A stretch of DNA of 64,000 bases from Eledone cirrhosa (GCA_964016885.1 OZ024747.1:12338001-12402000); one strand, 5' to 3'. Counted from the first letter of the stretch, positions 40,614-53,308 are shown. Notes: generated by a model from the letters alone, not told the origin. Made by a program: numbers and translations.

Positions 40614-40769
40614 TATCTACAATAACAACTGTACAGGCATTGTGGTGGCTAAAGTGGCTGAACTTCAGAGAAATCAAAACATCCTCTATAATCTTGTAAG
40701 ACCTAACAAAGATGAACCAAATTTAGTAGAATCCAATCTCAAGCTGGCTAATGTTCTACCAAAGAAACG
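40614..40769 (+). CDS. Coding exon 2 (IYNNNCTGIVVAKVAELQRNQNILYNLVRPNKDEPNLVESNLKLANVLPKK)
   Basis: Acceptor ttttgtctttgtcag and donor gtgagt; 156 nt, open, phase 2 to 2, compatible with the next exon. Confidence 0.85.
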
Positions 40770-41578
40770 GTGAGTAGTATTTCAGGTTTTCTTGTGTTCT
40801 TTAATCCAAATTCAGCCTTCTTCTAAATCAAACATGTTCTAGTTATGACCATCCCAACATTTTATTTTTCAAGTAGTAAGTATCTAGGAAGGCAGAAAAT
40901 TAACAGAATTATTAGATTAAATACCTCAATATTTCAAAGTGTTGTTGTTTGCTTGAATCATTGTGGAATAAAAAATACAAATTTAAATAAGTTTAAACTT
41001 ATTTAAATTTATATCTCAGTATTTGTTAAGGCTCGCTATGCTTTGAGTTCGAATCCTACCACAGTCAACCTTGCCTTTCATACTTTTGAGGTCAATAAAT
41101 GAAGAATCTATTCAATTCTGTGGTCAGTCCTTGCTATTTCTCTAAAAATAATCTGTGTTCTGACCTGGAGAGAGATGGGCTTCACTAAGTTTAAAATGCA
41201 TGCCTATGACTCCATCAGGAATTAAGGGCCCTATTTATGTATCTAGGGTCACATATCCTATATGTCTTTCTCCTTTTAAGACCTTAAAGTAGGATTTGAG
41301 GGAGATTTGGTTACTATTTATTGCAATTTGAGCAAATAAGGTGGCAAATTGTTTGGAACATTACAGCATTTGATGAAATGCCTTGTAGTATTTATTCTGG
41401 TCCCTCGCATTCTAAACTCAAACCTTGTCGAGTTCAACTTTCATTCCTCTAGGGGTCATAAAAAAAGTACCAATCTGACGGAATTATTAGTGATGTCTTG
41501 CAGTATTTGTTCTGGTTCCTTGCATTCTGAGTTACAATTCCACCATAGTCTACTTTGGTAAAGACTTATTCCACCACT

Positions 41579-42002
41579 CTTGTATACCACCACCTGGTCC
41601 TTGTATACTACCCCCTGGTCCTTGTATACTACCCCCTGGTCCTTGTATACCACCCCCTGGTCCTTATATACCACCACCTGCCCCTTGTATACCACCACCT
41701 GGTCCTTGTATACTACCACCTGGTCCTTGTATATCACCACCCTTGTCCTTGTATATCACCACCCTTGTATACCACTGCCTTGTCCTTGTATACCACTGCC
41801 TTGATCCTTGTATACCACCACTTGATCCTTGTATACCACCTCCTTGTCCTTGTATACCACCTCCTTGTCCTTGTATACCACAGCCTTGTCCTTGTATACC
41901 ACTGCCTTGTCCTTGTATACCACTGCCTTGTCCTTGTATACCACTGCCTTGTCCTTGTATACCACCGCCTTGTCCTTGTATACCACCACCCGGCCCTTGT
42001 AT
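41579..42002. repeat. Minisatellite of about 20 x 21 bp
   Basis: Unit ccttgtataccac(tgc/cac/ctc)ct(t/g)gt. Confidence 0.93.
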
Positions 42003-42397
42003 GCCCTTAGCAGAATACATTGTTTCAAGAATTCAGGCCAGTACTCCAGTTTGAAAATACTTTCCCCCAACTAAGTAATTTAAAAACATGCTTAGAGGTT
42101 TGTTATCTCTATTTCAGTTAATATCTTGTTGGTTTCTAGAAAGGTTTAGAACATTTGCAATCATATCTTGTTAATAGCTAATTCATTCAAGTTCGCATTT
42201 ATTTAAATACTATCATTGCCAATAGAGCAGTGTTATCAGCAAAAACGGAAGAGCTCTATGTATATATATATATATATATATATATGTTAAGTATTTCCAA
42301 AGAAAAAGCAAAGGAAAAAATGTATAATACAGAGCTATTTAATTAGAAAGTAAACAACACAGTATAACTACATCATCAGATGAAAAGTTATAGTCTT

Positions 42398-42463
42398 TTC
42401 ATCTGATGAGCGAACTAGACATATGTTAATATTGTTTGGGGTCCTGAAACCTTTGGTAATGGA
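42398..42463 (+). ncRNA. Type-I hammerhead ribozyme motif within an inverted repeat
   Basis: ttcat-CTGATGA-...-GAAAC-ctttg-GTA-atgga; stem I ttcat/atgga and stem III acc/ggt; stem II is imperfect. Confidence 0.5.
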
Positions 42464-42506
42464 GTAGTTATATATTGTGTTGTTTACTTTCTAAATAAAG
42501 TATATA

Positions 42507-43151
42507 TCATCATCATTTCATCATTTCATTTTACGTCCGCTTTTTCCCTGCTCGCAAGGGTGGGACGGGAACTCATACTGGCTTGATTTCTACAGCTGGA
42601 TGCCCTTCCTAACACCAACCTCATTTACAGTGAGTACTGGGTGCTTTTTTTGCCGTGGCACCTCCACGACCACTTTACAGTGGAATGATAGGGACCTCAA
42701 TCCCTAGCATCTCATTTCTAAAGCTGAGTAAACTGGAGCAATGTGAAATAAAGTGTCTTGCTCAAGGAAACAACACATCACCCGGTCTGAGAATTGAACT
42801 CACAACCTTTCGATTGCTCTAACCACTAAGCCATGTGCCTCCTATAGAGAGAGAGAAAGAGAGAGTACCCGACCTCCCATGGGTACAAGCTGAAGCATAT
42901 ACACAATATGCCCCACACCCTCCCACTGCAAAGTGGACATGTAGGCGCCACGGAAAAAAGCACCAGCACTCACTGTAAATGAGGTTGGTGTTAGGAAGGG
43001 CATCCAGCTGTAGAAATCAAGCCAAACCCAGTTCCTGTATAAGCAAGGCATGGTCAGCCGACCAGACACTTCCCACAACAGGACAACCCGTCTAACCCAT
43101 GCTAGCAAGGAAGAACGGACGTAAAACAGTGATGATGATGATATATATATA

Positions 43152-43201
<50 letters not shown>

Positions 43202-43345
43202 AAGGCACATGGCTTGGTGGTTAAAGCATTGGCCTTGCAATCGAAAGGTTGTGAGTTCAATTCTCGGACCGGGTGATGTGTTGTTTCCTTGAGCAAGACA
43301 CTTTATTTCACGTTGCTCCAGTTTACTCAGCTGTAGAAATAAGTA
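42507..43345. mobile_element. SINE family B cluster (42507-42840 on -, 42904-43140 3' half on +, 43200-43345 head on +)
   Basis: Matches to the 7127 copy. Confidence 0.85.
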
Positions 43346-43456
43346 CCGGCCTGCCTGCCCGCCCAGCCAGTGGGATGGCGTTATCTTATGGCTAAAACAG
43401 CACAACGTGCTGTGACCAGCGGCGCTGATTGGCGCCCGACAGACTGGTCGGTGAAG

Positions 43457-43493
<37 letters not shown>

Positions 43494-43776
43494 CAGGGCT
43501 CTGTCTTCTTTCTTACTTTTTAGCACTTTTGGTTTTACTAAGTTTACTCTTTAGTTCTTTCACAGATTCAGTTACAAGAACCAGGTCACAGGTCATCAAC
43601 ATACAGAAGTTTCCATGGATAGCCAGTCATAAATTCTTATGGCTTAGAGAATTATAAGAAATCAATGTGGGCTGTGGACTGGGCTCTGATGCCCCTGTAC
43701 CTTGAATTATCACTAAATGCCAATATGTGGGAGACATGTTTATGTGTGTGTGTGTATGTGTGTGTGTAAAGTCAGG

Positions 43777-43977
43777 CGAGATCGATGCAGATCGAACCTT
43801 GGGCTGATCAGTAGCGAAACGTGAGTCACCAACCAATAAACGTAATGAAGGAGTAACCATTCATCCTTGTACTATTTATTATACTACACTTTGTCTAGCT
43901 CTACACCTCGATACTGGTGTCAACCTAAACATTGAGTGCTCACCAGGGTGAACCTACAGTACCTCCGCATTACACTC

Positions 43978-44022
<45 letters not shown>

Positions 44023-44647
44023 TAGAGCATTGACCTTGCAATCGAAAGGCTGTGAGTTCAATTCTCAGACCGGGTGGTGTGTTGTTTCCTTGAGCAAGAC
44101 ACTTTATTTCACATTGCTCCAGTTTACTCAGCTGTAGAAATGAGATGATAGGGACTGGGGTCCCTATCATTCCACTGTAAAAGTGGACGTGTAGGTGCCA
44201 CGGCAAAAAGCACCCAGCACTCACTGTAAATGAGGTTGGTGTTAGGAAGGGCATCCAGCTGTAGAAATCAAGCCAGAATCAGTTACCGTCCCACCCTTGC
44301 AAGCAGGGAAAAAGTGGACGTAAAATGAAATGAAAAATGAAATGAACACACACAGGGAGTGTAATGTAGGTTCACCCTGGTGAGCACTTGATGTTTAGGT
44401 TGACACCAGTATCGAGGTGTAGAGCTAGACAAAGTGTAGTATAATAAATAGTACAAGAATGAATGGTTATTCCTTCATTACATTTATTGGCTGGTAACTC
44501 ATGTTTCGCTACTGATCAGCCCAAGGTTCGATCTGTATAGATCTCATAAAATCGATACAGATCGAACCTTGCGCTGATCAGTAGTGAAATGCACATCACC
44601 AGCCAATAAATGTAATGAAGGAGTAACCGTTCATCGTTGTATTATTA
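43777..44647. mobile_element. Penelope-like terminal repeats in a forward/reverse/forward arrangement around a SINE B (44023-44330)
   Basis: 43777-43985 is the reverse complement of 44347-44545; 44551-44647 is a third, direct partial copy; a related copy lies at 29010-29280. Confidence 0.6.
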
Positions 44648-44892
44648 TATGTATATATATATATATATTTAAAAGAATAGAGGTGTAACACACAAGTTAT
44701 GATATATTGGTAAACAGAATAGAAAATGCTGACAAATTGTTCACAGTGAAAAATAGTTTAATTAGGAATAAGTGAGAATTAGTAATAGTATTGGTTAGTA
44801 TTAAGTTTTAGTTTTAAGTTTTACCGGTTGCGCATTTTTAATGCTTTTCAAAAATAATTTTGAGATAGAGCGTCCGTGATGTTTGCTCTGAT

Positions 44893-44959
<67 letters not shown>

Positions 44960-45519
44960 TGTATATATATATTAAAGGAACGATCGACTTTCGTCAAATT
45001 GGACCGTGGGAACAATGTTTCCGTTGGTCTTTCCAATTGCTAATACTATCTATCGGTCGCAACTCCAGGTAGAAAGAGCAACGTGAAATAAAGTGTCTTG
45101 CTCAAGGACATAACGCATCACCTGGTCCAGGAATCGAACTCACAATCTTACGATTGCGAATCCAATTCCCTAACCACTCAGCCACACGCACATGTATATA
45201 TATATATATATATATGTGTGTGTGAACATATAATAGTAATGATAATATTATTATTAACTGGTGTAGTTAAATTGCTTTACTGGTTGGTTAAAAACTCAAT
45301 GCAATGGTGTTCATGCAGTTCTGTTATATATTAATTTCAAAAACATCAAAGATTCAAGGCATTGTCAAACTGACATATGTTTCTGCTAGCCTAAGATTAC
45401 CCTAGATCCATAATATTACAATTTCAAAAATTCCTAGTTTTATAACTTAACACTCTGATGTTGATCCAAGGTTGGCATCATCAGAGTTTATTTATACATC
45501 AATATTTCACATAGTGGCA

Positions 45520-45700
45520 GTGGATTGGCAGTATCGGTAGAGGGTCGGACGCCATGCTTTCCAGCATAGTTACGTCCCTTTACGATCTGAGTTCAAATCC
45601 CGCCGAGGTTAACTTTGCCTTTCATCCTTACGGGGTCGATAAAATAAAGCACCAGTAATGAACTGGGTAATTTGCTGGCCTTGTGCCTAAAGTAGAAACA
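45520..45700 (+). mobile_element. SINE family A, full-length-like copy
   Basis: A/B boxes, Meta-like core and 3' gctggccttgtgcctaaagtagaaac. Further copies lie at 1682, 22226, 29936, 31081, 34278, 53595-53960, 60050 and 63858. Confidence 0.88.
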
Positions 45701-45876
45701 AATATTTCACATAGGTTGAAAGTTCAGTACTTATTTATCATTCATTATAACAACAGATTACAGGAATATTAAAAAAAATCTTTAAAATATGTCAGTTTGA
45801 CAATGCATTGAATCTTCGGTATTTTTGAAATTAATATATGTGTACATATATATATATATTTATATCTTTTTTACAG

Positions 45877-46031
45877 GATTTATCGGATGACCAGCTCTCG
45901 AGAGCTAGAACTATTCAAAACAGAACTGTTAACACGCCCCCTGCTCTTGCAGTGTACTATTGACACTGGCCCCGGTGTTGGATGTTTCAGTCAGTTATCA
46001 AAATATGATTGTCGATTTGTAGAAAATTCAG
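45877..46031 (+). CDS. Coding exon 3 (IYRMTSSRELELFKTELLTRPLLLQCTIDTGPGVGCFSQLSKYDCRFVENS)
   Basis: Acceptor tcttttttacag and donor gtaact; 155 nt, phase 2 to 1; overlaps ORF 45887..46123. Confidence 0.88.
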
Positions 46032-46199
46032 GTAACTCATCAGAATTCTTTAGTAATAAGTGTATGTGTGTTGGTATTGTTGTGCTTCTCCCCAGGTCAG
46101 CCCTAATTAAGCAGACCTATTAAGAAAAGTAATCAAGCTTTGGTTGTTCTGTCTTTTTTTTTTAAATACACAACATGTCTCCTATATCCAAATATCTAA

Positions 46200-48085
46200 C
46201 TCTTTAGCATTTACATTACTCTATATATACTATTGTATTTTCATGGTAAAGGCTTTACCTCACATAGCATTTACATTACTCTATATATACTATTGTATTT
46301 TCATGGTAAAGGCTTTACCTCACATAACATTTACATTACTCTATATATACTATTGTATTTTCATGGTAAAGGCTTTACCTCACATAACATTTACATTACT
46401 CTATATATACTATTGTATTTTCATGGTAAAGGCTTTACCTCACATAACATTTACATTACTCTATATATACTATTGTATTTTCATGGTAAAGGCTTTACCT
46501 CACATAACATTTACATTACTCTATATATACTATTGTATTTTCATGGTAAAGGCTTTACCTCACATAACATTTACATTACTCTATATATACTATTGTATTT
46601 TCATGGTAAGGGCTTTACCTCACATAACATTTACATTACTCTATATATACTATTGTATTTTCATGGTAAGGGCTTTACCTCACATAACATTTACATTACT
46701 CTATATATACTATTGTATTTTCATGGTAAAGGCTTTACCTCACATAACATTTACATTACTCTATATATACTATTGTATTTTCATGGTAAAGGCTTTACCT
46801 TACATAACATTTACATTACTCTATATATACTATTGTATTTTCATGGTAAAGGCTTTACCTCACATAACATTTACATTACTCTATATATACTATTGTATTT
46901 TCATGGTAAGGGCTTTACCTCACATAACATTTACATTACTCTATATTTACTATTGTAGTTTCATGGTAAAGGTTTTATCTCACATAACGTTTACATTACT
47001 CTATATATACTATTGTATTTTCATGGTAAAGGCTTTACCTCACATAACATTTACATTACTCTATATATACTATTGTATTTTCATGGTAAAGGCTTTACCT
47101 CACATAACATTTACATTACTCTATATATACTATTTTATTTTCATGGTAAAGGCTTGACCTTACATAACATTTACATTACTCTATATATACTATTGTATTT
47201 TCATGGTAAAGGCTTTACCTTACATAACATTTACATTACTCTATATATACTATTGTATTTTCATGGTAAAGGCTTTACCTCACATAACATTTACATTACT
47301 CTATATATACTATTGTATTTTCATGGTAAAGGTTTTACCTCACATAACGTTTACATTACTCTATATATACTATTGTATTTTCATGGTAAAGGCTTTACCT
47401 CACATAACATTTACATTACTCTATATATACTATTGTATTTTCATGGTAAAGGCTTTACCTCACATAACATTTACATTACTCTATATATACTATTTTATTT
47501 TCATGGTAAAGGCTTGACCTTACATAACATTTACATTACTCTATATATACTATTGTATTTTCATGGTAAAGGCTTTACCTTACATAACATTTACATTACT
47601 CTATATATACTATTGTATTTTCATGGTAAAGGCTTTACCTCACATAACATTTACATTACTCTATATATACTATTGTATTTTCATGGTAAAGGCTTTACCT
47701 CACATAACATTTACATTACTCTATATATACTATTGTATTTTCATGGTAAAGGCTTTACCTCACATAACATTTACATTACTCTATATATACTATTGTATTT
47801 TCATGGTAAAGGCTTTACCTCACATAACATTTACATTACTCTATATATACTATTGTATTTTCATGGTAAAGGCTTTACCTCACATAACATTTACATTACT
47901 CTATATTTACTATTGTAGTTTCATGGTAAAGGTTTTATCTCACATAATATTGAATCTGAGATTTTGGTATTATTTATTTTGAGAACAATACCTTAACATC
48001 AGTATGAGTGGCCGATTACGGCTGGTTTGAACAGAAAGAGGTGAGAGAATTCTGGTCAGATATGGCTGGTTTAAATGCTAAAGGG
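46200..48085. mobile_element. piggyBac-like MITE expanded by a 29 x 60-bp internal array (about 46208-47948)
   Basis: The left end ctctttagcattta and right end taaatgctaaaggg|TTAA match the ~215-bp single-unit copies at 48429, 61266 and 62456. Confidence 0.88.
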
Positions 48086-48428
48086 TTAAAGTTGTTAGCA
48101 GAAGGGTACAACCTGGATGCAGTCCAATCCTCGTAGAGTATAAGGAGTTATAACCAAATCACTTGTATCAGGTAGGGTGGGGGCTTCTTCTCATGAGCAT
48201 TTCTTACTACTACTATTAAGGACTACTACATTATCCTGAACATGCACATTCAATTCCACTGCTCGGCATCTTGGACAAATGTCTTTTACCATAGTTTCAG
48301 TTCAAACAGATGTCTTGTGAGTGAACATTAACTGTGAGGAAACCAATCAGATGGATTCTACCTGTTATTCAAATGTCCATTTTTGTCAAATGTTATGATG
48401 TATTGATTCTCTCTTAGGAATACATTAA

Positions 48429-48642
48429 CCCTTTAGCATTTACATTATTCTATATTTACTATTGTATTTTTGTGGTAAAGGCTTTATCTTACATAATCAT
48501 CTCACATAATATCAAATCTATGAGATTTTGATATTATTTATTTTGAGAACACTACCTTAACATCAGTATGAGTGGTCAGTTAGGGCTGGTTTGAACAGAA
48601 AGAGGCGAGAGAATTCTGGCCGGATATGGTCAGTTTAAAGGG
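48429..48642. mobile_element. piggyBac-like MITE
   Basis: TTAA|ccctttagcattta...aaaggg|TTAA. Confidence 0.8.
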
Positions 48643-48923
48643 TTAAGGGTACATGTAACTGTGGAATACTCAACCACTTACTTACACACTACTCTAATGA
48701 GCAAGTAGATCAGTTTAATAAACAGCCGAATGTCCTTTATCAAAACCAATCGATATCCATTTCCTATATTTTCTTCTATCCAAGATTATTTTCAGACTCT
48801 GAAAGAGATTGTTAGTCTTTTCAGATACAGTTTTATTTTTCCATTGTTACTACATATATATTGTTGATTGAAGAGGTTATCAAAGATTGTCACCAATTTG
48901 TATGAAACATCCAAGTAGTCTGT

Positions 48924-49006
<83 letters not shown>

Positions 49007-49289
49007 AAAGGAGCAAAGAAAATTTCAATGATATGAAAGATTTCCTGGTGGAAGTTCAAGTGTGCTCGGGGTTGGTATCCAGTTTGGGGGTGAAAATCCA
49101 ATTAGAAAATCCAACGAATTGTGTTGTTATTTGTTTACCTTTTACATACACACATATATATATATATATATATATACATACACAGACATACATACACAGA
49201 AGGAGTGTGTGTGATACAGAGAGAGAGAGAATTATGTGGATATGTATGTACATAGATATTTTATAAGTTTGAAACTATCTCTTTTTCAG

Positions 49290-49402
49290 AATGCTTTATT
49301 GTTTTATTGAACCAAATTCATCCTAAAATTTTAAGCCGTCTTTCAATGGGACTTGATCTAGCAATAAAATATATGCAACAATCACAGCCATTTATACTGA
49401 CA
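49290..49402 (+). CDS. Coding exon 4 (CFIVLLNQIHPKILSRLSMGLDLAIKYMQQSQPFILT)
   Basis: Acceptor ctctttttcag and donor gtaagt; 113 nt, phase 1 to 0. Confidence 0.88.
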
Positions 49403-49559
49403 GTAAGTGTTGCATTGTCTTCTTCATATTACTTCCTATTAACAGCCACCTGTACATCCTCATCAACATTATATCTATTTTCCATGCTTGCATATGTTAG
49501 ATGTTGGGAAGACCCTTCAGTCATGTCAAGGACATGACAGCCTCCCTAATTTTTGGTAA

Positions 49560-49879
49560 TTGAAAGAGGACATATCTTCTGTATACAGCTTGAAAGAGGA
49601 TATATTTGTATACTGTTTGAAAGAGGACATCTGTATACAGTTTGAAAGAGGACATCTGTATACAGTTTGAAAGAGGACATCTGAATACAGTTTGAAAGAG
49701 GACATCTGAATACAGTTTGAAAGAGGACATCTGTATACAGTTTGAAAGAGGACATCTGTATACAGCTTGAAAGAGGACATCTGTATACAGTTTGAAAGAG
49801 GACATCTGTATACAGCTTGAAAGAGGACATCTGTACACAGCTTGAAAGAGGATATATTTGTATACAGTTTGAAAGAGGA
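49560..49879. repeat. Minisatellite of about 12-13 x 25 bp
   Basis: Unit tttgaaagaggacatctgtatacag. Confidence 0.93.
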
Positions 49880-50040
49880 TTTTAAATGAAAATGCAAACA
49901 CTATTGGTTCTATAATCTGCCCAAAATATAAGAGGATGGTTTATTTAAAAAAATATATTTTACATTATTTCTGTCCAAACAGCTTATATCCGCTGTGTAC
50001 CTAACAATATTTTATGTATTTGACATTTTGTTATTTCCAG

Positions 50041-50199
50041 TTCACATTTAACAAGACAATAGAAAAGCTGTATAGTAATATTTTGAGAGCATACGACATT
50101 CAACTGGGTCGCCGAGAAAAAGTGTCCTGTAACTATGCTGAACTAATCATTCGATATATAGGACGTAATACAACTCTCCGAATCACAGACACCATAAAG
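50041..50199 (+). CDS. Coding exon 5 (FTFNKTIEKLYSNILRAYDIQLGRREKVSCNYAELIIRYIGRNTTLRITDTIK)
   Basis: Acceptor ttatttccag and donor gtaagt; 159 nt, phase 0 to 0. Confidence 0.88.
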
Positions 50200-50690
50200 G
50201 TAAGTTGGTAATTTACCTCTAGATATTTTGTCATTACCACTAATTCTTCTGATGTTTGATTTATGTATCATCATCATACGTCCATCTTCCACGTTAGCAT
50301 GGGTTAGACGAGAATTGTCCCACTTGAGGCAAGATTTATTGGGTGACCGTGTCTCGCTCATATAGGACTGTATCTGGCAGGTTTTCAATAACTGGATGTC
50401 ATTTCTAACCCCAACCACATTTACAGTGTACTTCTTCTAATTTCATATTTCTGTCACATATACATTGCACCACAGTTTATATTACTTTTATTGTTCTGAG
50501 TACATGTGTAATAGCTGTGTAATTGTGAAATTTGCTTTGTAGCAACCACAGGGTTCAATGTGGTACATCTTTGGTAATTGTGATCGCTTTTAGATGTCTT
50601 GTATTTAGTGCCAAAACATCTTGATCTCGGTTTACAGCTGATGAAGGATTTCTTTTCTTCTCTTGTTTCGTCCATACTACCATCTTAAAC

Positions 50691-50726
<36 letters not shown>

Positions 50727-50885
50727 TCATCATCATCTTCCGGTATATATATATATATATGGGTGAAAGATGTAAATATTGCTAGGTAAAAATAATAAGT
50801 TAGTGTTTTTGAACAAAGTTTCTTATATTTATTCTGTCCTTGTTACATAGACAAATCGAAAAGTGAGATTAGCTTTGTGGGCTCC

Positions 50886-51445
50886 TTAACAAACTTTTCC
50901 ACTTTTCCTATCAACTGCTTTCATTTCCTCCTCTATCATTTTTAGCAATGTCTTTCTTGATCTTATCCATCCTCTACTTCCTTTTAGATTCATTTCTATC
51001 ACTTCTCTTACTGAATCACTCTCATCCTTCCTCAACACATGACCCAACCATCTCATTATTGGTTCTATTCTTCTCACCCAGTCACTATTCCCATCATCCT
51101 CTGCAGTTTATTGTCTGTCTTCCACTTTCTGTTGCTTCACTCCTATCAATTGTGGCACTTCTCACACATGAAGCATACACCATTCTCATTTCTCTTCTCT
51201 CCAGCTTTCTCTGTTCCCCACATTAATCATGCATGTCTCACTCCTATCCATTGTGACACTTCTCACACATGAAGTATACACCATTCTCATTTCTATTCTC
51301 TCCAGCCATCTCTGTTGCTTCACTCCCATTGCTTATGTCTATCTCCTCTAAATCATGACACTTCTCACACATGAATCATACACACTTTTCATGTCTATTC
51401 TCTTCAGCCTTCTCTGTTGCTCCACATTTATCACCCATGTCTTAA
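50886..51445 (-). mobile_element. Degenerate RTE LINE 3' relic with internal duplications
   Basis: MRWLGHVLRKDESDSVREVIEMNLKGSRG; repeated cacttctcacacatgaa..cacc blocks. Confidence 0.6.
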
Positions 51446-51899
51446 CCCCATGAGTAAATAAGCTAATGTTAGATTTTGGTTGAAATGTTTTATTATTTGA
51501 CCATTTCATTATTGTGTGTAGTGAATTGGTAGAGTTGTTAAAATGTCAGATTGAATATTTTGTAGCATTTGTTCCAGTTCTCAGCATTCAAATCCTGTGA
51601 AAGTCAACTTTGCCTTTTATTTTTTTAAGGTTGATTTAAAAAAAAGGTACCAGTCGAATACTGGGGTTGATTCTTCCTCTATATCTCTTTCTCACTTCTT
51701 CTCTGTCTCCTTCTTTGGAAGAAATTAGCTGTATTCAGACCTGGAGAGAGGATGGGCTCTGCCAGATTAAAAATATTCCAAGACATGCTGTATGTCACTA
51801 TGGCTTCTCTACAACTCCATTAGAAGATATGGGTCCATACATGCATCCATCCATACATACATATATCCATCCATCCATACATACATTTTATTATTGTAG

Positions 51900-52008
51900 G
51901 TTAGAGACTTGAAGTTTTCCTTTGAAGATCTTGACAAGGATGATCTTTTAGTTGACACACAGGCCACAGCTGCTGCCAGACAGCGCCGGAGTTTGCCAAT
52001 TGATCAAG
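51900..52008 (+). CDS. Coding exon 6 (VRDLKFSFEDLDKDDLLVDTQATAAARQRRSLPIDQ)
   Basis: Acceptor ttttattattgtag and donor gtatct; 109 nt, phase 0 to 1. Confidence 0.82.
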
Positions 52009-52664
52009 GTATCTAAAAGAAATCTTATGACTATTTATTTGAATCTATAAATATAATTGTTATTTCCAAGAATCCTTATAACCAAGATGATAGATTATTA
52101 TTGTTTAGCCCCAGGTCATCCCTAATTGGGCAGAACTATGTTCAAAAGAATTCAGGTATGCCAGGACTTCATCTTTCTTATGTATGTTCCAGCACTTTTC
52201 AAAGTGCACCATGCATTTGATCATAGCACCAGTACTAGGGAGGATGTCATGCCCTTGACACAATTGAAGAGTCCTCACTACCCTTTGTTTGACAAGTTTT
52301 CCTTGACTGTATACCAATCCTATCACCAACCACTTTACAGAGTGTACTGGGAGTGTTTTATCATGTTACCAATACTAGAGAAGTTGCTATGCCCTTTACA
52401 CAACTAAAGAGTCCTCTCAACCCTTTTTGGCATGATTTCTACAGGTGAATGCCCTTCCTATCAGCAACCACCTTACAAAGTGTACTGAGTGTATTTTATC
52501 ATGGCACCAACACTAGGAGGTTGTCAGTCATTGACTCAACTAAAGAGTAATATATAATGCATGCATGTTTCTTTTCTTTTAAATTTAAATTGAGATATTT
52601 GTTAGGAAAACTACTAAATTGGCTTCATATTTTGTATTGAATATATCTTTATTTTCTTTATCAG

Positions 52665-53308
52665 GAGAACTGGTTAGTGTTCTAAAAGGATGGAAGTTTG
52701 GAGACTTTGAATTATCTAATGGACTTTGGAATGCCTATGCAGAAATAACCGGTGCACCTCTCCGACAGAATAATTGCACACCACCACCAACCTATGAGAA
52801 GGCTGTGTTAAATGCTATTAGCGAGACTGATAATTCCAGAAGTCCTTATCATAATCAGTACCGGTGCACAGATTATGGTTATATGGAAACTTCAACAAGA
52901 CCAAGTACATCTGTTGCTGTTGTTCACTCTAGCTCTGAGAAAAATGTTCAACAGAATATGAACTCCAGAATGAGTGATGTCAACCAGCCAGCTAAAAAAG
53001 TTATAAAACCTTTGAGAGATTTAGAGCCATATAGAGGATATGCTTATTCTGACCCAGAACCTGTTGGTGATACAATTTACAACAACTATGGTTATTCTTA
53101 CTCAACCGATAATTCTCCTGAAACAGAGCATCAAATTGCTGCTCAGGAACTTGGTTCAAACCAAACAGATAACTTCAGATTTGATCAGAAAAAACCCACT
53201 TCAGGTGAGGCCTATGAATATGGCTATGTAACAGACTCTCATGATATTAACTTCACTCCCAATTTAGAAGTTTCCAAACCAGATGATTATAACAGTTGTT
53301 TTGTCTAG
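52665..53308 (+). CDS. Terminal coding exon 7 (GELVSVLKGWKFGDFELSNGLWNAY...PPPTYEKA...DDYNSCFV*)
   Basis: Acceptor ttttctttatcag, phase 1; 644 nt open to TAG; matches ORF 52619..53308; non-repetitive composition. The joined CDS is 1341 nt, or 446 aa. Confidence 0.9.

Noticed and set aside
41456-42074. Gly/Gln-rich (GGGIQGQ) and Cys/Pro-rich repeat ORFs resembling structural proteins
   Set aside because: They come from a 21-bp minisatellite with frame-breaking indels and have no signal peptide or splice support.
46144-47982. ORFs of 241-337 aa with 20-aa repeats
   Set aside because: They are by-products of a 60-bp MITE-derived array and are interrupted by stops where variants occur.
53294-53308. 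CaaX prenylation signal at the protein C-terminus (SCFV)
   Set aside because: The Cys is third from the end, not fourth.
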